Shown piece by piece: positions 60,878 to 64,000 of a stretch of DNA of 64,000 bases. Source of the stretch: Carcharhinus longimanus (lineage: Eukaryota); assembly GCA_030264375.1 (NCBI GenBank), contig JASCQW010000105.1, positions 44,533,234 to 44,597,233 of the forward strand, in the 5' to 3' direction. The position numbers were made by a program, and so were the translations under genes. The first letter of the stretch is position 1; the number at the start of each line of letters is the position of its first letter. The notes beneath the pieces were generated by a model. The model was given only the letters and a program-made list of their open reading frames with translations, ran no database searches and was not told the origin of the DNA.

Positions 60878-61480
60878 TTTTATTCATTTATCAGATGTGG
60901 GCAAACCTGTGGTTAGGCCGGCATTTAGTGTCCATCCTTAATTGCCTCTGATAAGGTGGTGGTGATCTGCTTTGTTTAACCACTGCTGTTGTTGTGGTGT
61001 AGGTCCACCCACAGTGCTGAAGGAACAGCAAGAGTGGGGTGGAGGCGATGGTGTACTGATGTTGTCATTGGACTAATAATCCAGACACTCAGGATAATGC
61101 TTTGGGGACCCAGGTTTGAAAATACAACGGATGGTGAAATTTGAATTCTAAAAATATATGATGACCATGAAATCATTATCAATTGTTGTATAAAATCATC
61201 TCGTTCACTAATGTCCTTTAGGGAAGGAAACCTGTCATCTTCACACCTGATCAGGCCCACATGTGAAGACAAACCCACAGAAATGTGGTTGACAAGCTGA
61301 TCAGTTCAAGAATATTTAGAGATAGGCAATAAATGTTGGCCAAGCCAGTGTGTGCCTACATGACATGAATGAATAAAGTAAAATGTGTTTCCAAGTCAAG
61401 AGGGTGAGAGACTTGGAAGGGAGCATCTTATGTATCAGGTGACCATGTTCTTATAAATGGTAGCAGTCATGGGTTTGAAG
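60878..61480 (-). mobile_element. Crack/Daphne-like LINE tail, interrupted
   Basis: ttcatttatcagatgtgggc...tccatccttaattgcc, resuming at 61380 with ttccaagtcaagagggtgagagacttggaaggg. Confidence 0.7.
61043..61378 (+). mobile_element. Meta-domain-type tRNA SINE with Crack-like tail
   Basis: tRNA head (ggtgtactgatgttgtcattggactaataatccag...caggtttgaa), central gttcactaatgtcctttagggaaggaaacctgtcatc, and tail ggcaataaatgttggcc...atgaatgaataaa. Confidence 0.78.
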
Positions 61481-61489
61481 TTAGTCTAA

Positions 61490-62915
61490 ATATAGTTACT
61501 GGAAAAATATTAGAATTAATTATTATGGCGAGAATAGCAATGCATATGGAAAGTCACAATTTGATCAAACAGAGTCAGCTTGGTTTCATGAAGGGGAAAT
61601 CACGTCTGACAAATTTACGAGAGTTCTTTGAGGTGATATCTGTCAGAGTAGACAGAGGAGAACCAGTCAATGTTGCATATTTAGATTTTCAAAAGGCAAA
61701 TGATAAGGTGCCACACAATAGGCTACTACGCAAGATAGGAGCTCATGGTGTTGGAAGTAATATTCTGGCATGGATGGGTTAACTAGCAAGAAGCAGCAAG
61801 AGTGATAAGGGGTCTTTCTCAAGTTGGAGGGCAGAGGCCAGTGGAATGCCACAGGAATCAGTGCTGGGACTGCAGTTCTTCATAATATATATTAATGATG
61901 TGGAGGATGGGACAGTACACTGTGGCCAAATTTGCAGATGATGCAAAAGTGGGAGGGTAGGTTGTAAGGAGGATATGAATATCTTAGAGAGAGAGAGATT
62001 GACAGATTAAATGAGTGAACAGAAAATTGAAAGTGGAATTCAACATGGGAAAATGTGAAGTGTTTTTCGTTTTAGGAAGAAAGAATGTGAAGTTGGATTA
62101 TTATTTAAATGGAGATAAACTATAGAAAGCTGTAGCATAAAGGTACCTGGAGGTCCTTGTACATGAAACCCTGAAATCTAACATACAGATTAAAAGTTTA
62201 AAGTTAAAGTATATTTATTAGTGTCACAAATAAGCTTACGTTAACACTGCAATGAAGTGACTGTGAAAACCCCAAAGTCACCACGCTCCGGCACCTGTTC
62301 GGGCATACTGAGGAAGAATTTAGCATGGTCAATGTGACTAACATGCATGTCTTTTGGACTGTGGGACAAAACTGGAGCACTCAGAAAAAACCCATGCAGA
62401 CATGGGGAGAACATGCAGACTCCATACAGACAGTGACCCAAGCTGGGAATGGAATCCGGTCCCCAGAGCTGTGAGGCAGCAGTGCTAACCATGCTGCTCT
62501 ATATAAATAGCTTAGAGAGAGATGTTGACAAATTAAATGAGTAGGCAGAAAATTAGCAAATGGAATTCAACATGAGAAACAGCGAGATTTGTTTTCTTTT
62601 GGAAGAAAGAATGAGAAGGTGGATTATTATTTAAATGGAGATAGACTACAGGAAGCTGTTGCATAAAGGTACCGGGGGGTCCTTGTAATGAAATGCAGAA
62701 TGAAATGCAGAAAGTAATAGGAAAGGCAAATGAAATGATGGCATTTATTTCAAGATGATGGGAGTATAAAAGTAAAGTGTTGCTGCAACAGTACAATGTT
62801 CTAGTGCGGCCACATTAGAATACAATGTACAGTTTGGTCCTCTTACTTAAGGAAGGATACATTATCATTGAGGGCAGCACAGAAAAGGTTTACTAGGATG
62901 ATCCTGAGCATGAGG
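61490..62915 (+). mobile_element. CR1 LINE RT fragment with internal duplication
   Basis: SQLGFMKGKSRLTNLREFFE..VDRGEPVNVAYLDFQKANDKVPHNRLL, KFADDAK and VRPH.EY. Confidence 0.92.
62192..62495 (-). mobile_element. V-SINE with alternative (non-HER1) tail
   Basis: Same structure as 49944-50243: aaagtttaaagtt...tttattagtgtcacaaataagcttacgttaacactgcaatgaag...ggcagcagtgctaacc. Confidence 0.9.
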
Positions 62916-62924
62916 AAGGGAGTG

Positions 62925-64000
62925 AGTTACTTGCTTCAGGATTCCCAGCCTCTGATCTGCTCTTATAAACATAACATTTATATGGCTAGCCCAGTTCAGT
63001 TTCTAGTCAATGATAACCTCCAGGGTTTCTATAGTCAGGGATTCAGTGATGGTACTGTCATTTAAAGTCATGGGGCGATGTTTAAATTCTCTCTTGTTGG
63101 AGATGGTCATTGCCTGGCACTTGTGTGGCATGCATGTTACTGACCCCTTGTCAGCCCAAGGTCCTTTATATTATCCAGGCCAAGCTGCATTTGGACATGG
63201 CCTGCTTCAATATTGGAGGAATCGTGAATGGTGCTGAACATCGTGCAGACATCAGCAAACGTCCCCACTTCTGACATGATTTTGGAAAGAAGGTCATTTC
63301 TGAGGCAGCTGAAGATGGTTGAGCCCATAACAGTACCCAAAGGGGTTCCTCCAGTGATGTCTTGGAACGGAGATGATTGACCTCCAATCACAACAACAAC
63401 TTTATTTTCTGCCAAGCATTACGCCAACCAGAACATGATCTCTTTGATTCCTATTGACTCTAGTTTTTCTAGGGCTCCTTGATGCCATACTCAAGTGAAA
63501 TGCTGCCTTGATGTCAAGGACAGTCACTCTCACTTCACCTCTGGTATTCATTTCTTTTGTCCATGTTTGGACCAAGGCTGTAATGAGGTCAGGAGCTGGG
63601 TAACCCTGGCAGAACCCAAACTGAGTGTCAGTAGACAGGTTATTGCTAAGCAAGTGCCACATGAGAGCCTAGGTCAATGACCATTTCCATCACTTTCTTG
63701 ATAATCAAGTGAACTGAGGAAAGGTAATTGGCTAAATTGGATTTGTGTGTAGGATATACCTGGGGAATTTTTTACATTGCTGGGTAAATGCCAGTATTGT
63801 AGCTGTACTGGAATAGATTGGTCATGGGCACGGTAAGTTCTGGAGTACAAGTCTTCAGCATTATTGCCAGAATATTGTCAGTGCCCAATTTTTTTGCAAT
63901 GCCCAGTGTCTTCAGTAGTTTCTTGATATCATAAGCAGTCAATCAAATTTACTGAAGACCAATATCTGTGATGCTGGAGGCCTCTGGAAGAGGCTGAGAT
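62925..64000 (-). mobile_element. CR1-group (Crack/Daphne-like) LINE RT region
   Basis: QFGFCQGYPAPDLITALVQTWTKEMNTRGEVRVTVLDIKAAF and VVVIGGQSS..DITGGTPLGTVMGSTIFSCLRNDL..VGTFADVCT. Confidence 0.88.

Noticed and set aside
17430-64000. LSAMP terminal exons expected from synteny
   Set aside because: No Ig-domain or GPI-signal coding sequence was recognised on the minus strand, so they probably lie beyond the window.
1-64000. CRISPR arrays, operons or other prokaryotic systems
   Set aside because: The sequence is vertebrate intronic and intergenic DNA with no regularly spaced repeat-spacer array.

Overview
Vertebrate nuclear DNA, almost certainly from a shark or ray: it carries HE1/V-SINEs, HER1/CR1 LINEs, Deu- and Meta-type SINEs, and draft-assembly N gaps. 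The only host protein-coding feature I can support is the terminal coding exon of GAP43 (neuromodulin) at 10142-10230 (+), in a frame the ORF track does not list. Its conserved 3' UTR has a poly(A) signal at 10514. Bases 1-10141 are therefore the end of the last GAP43 intron. About 7 kb with no recognisable transposon follows, then about 46 kb of repeat-dense intergenic DNA. That DNA holds CR1/HER1, L2, Rex1/Babar and Crack/Daphne-like LINEs, Penelope-like elements, Gypsy remnants and PIF/Harbinger elements, including a decayed spliced Myb/SANT gene. Highlights: (i) short Penelope-derived insertions carrying minimal hammerhead-ribozyme motifs, two of which are TSD-flanked near-perfect hairpins centred on ribozyme stem II; (ii) a decayed Ty1/Copia (GalEa-like) pol; (iii) a possible long GAP43 3' UTR extension; (iv) V-SINEs with an alternative Rex1-like tail. 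Nearly all listed ORFs are spurious or transposon fragments. Family assignments come from recalled motifs, not database searches, and repeat boundaries are approximate unless a TSD or TIR is quoted.
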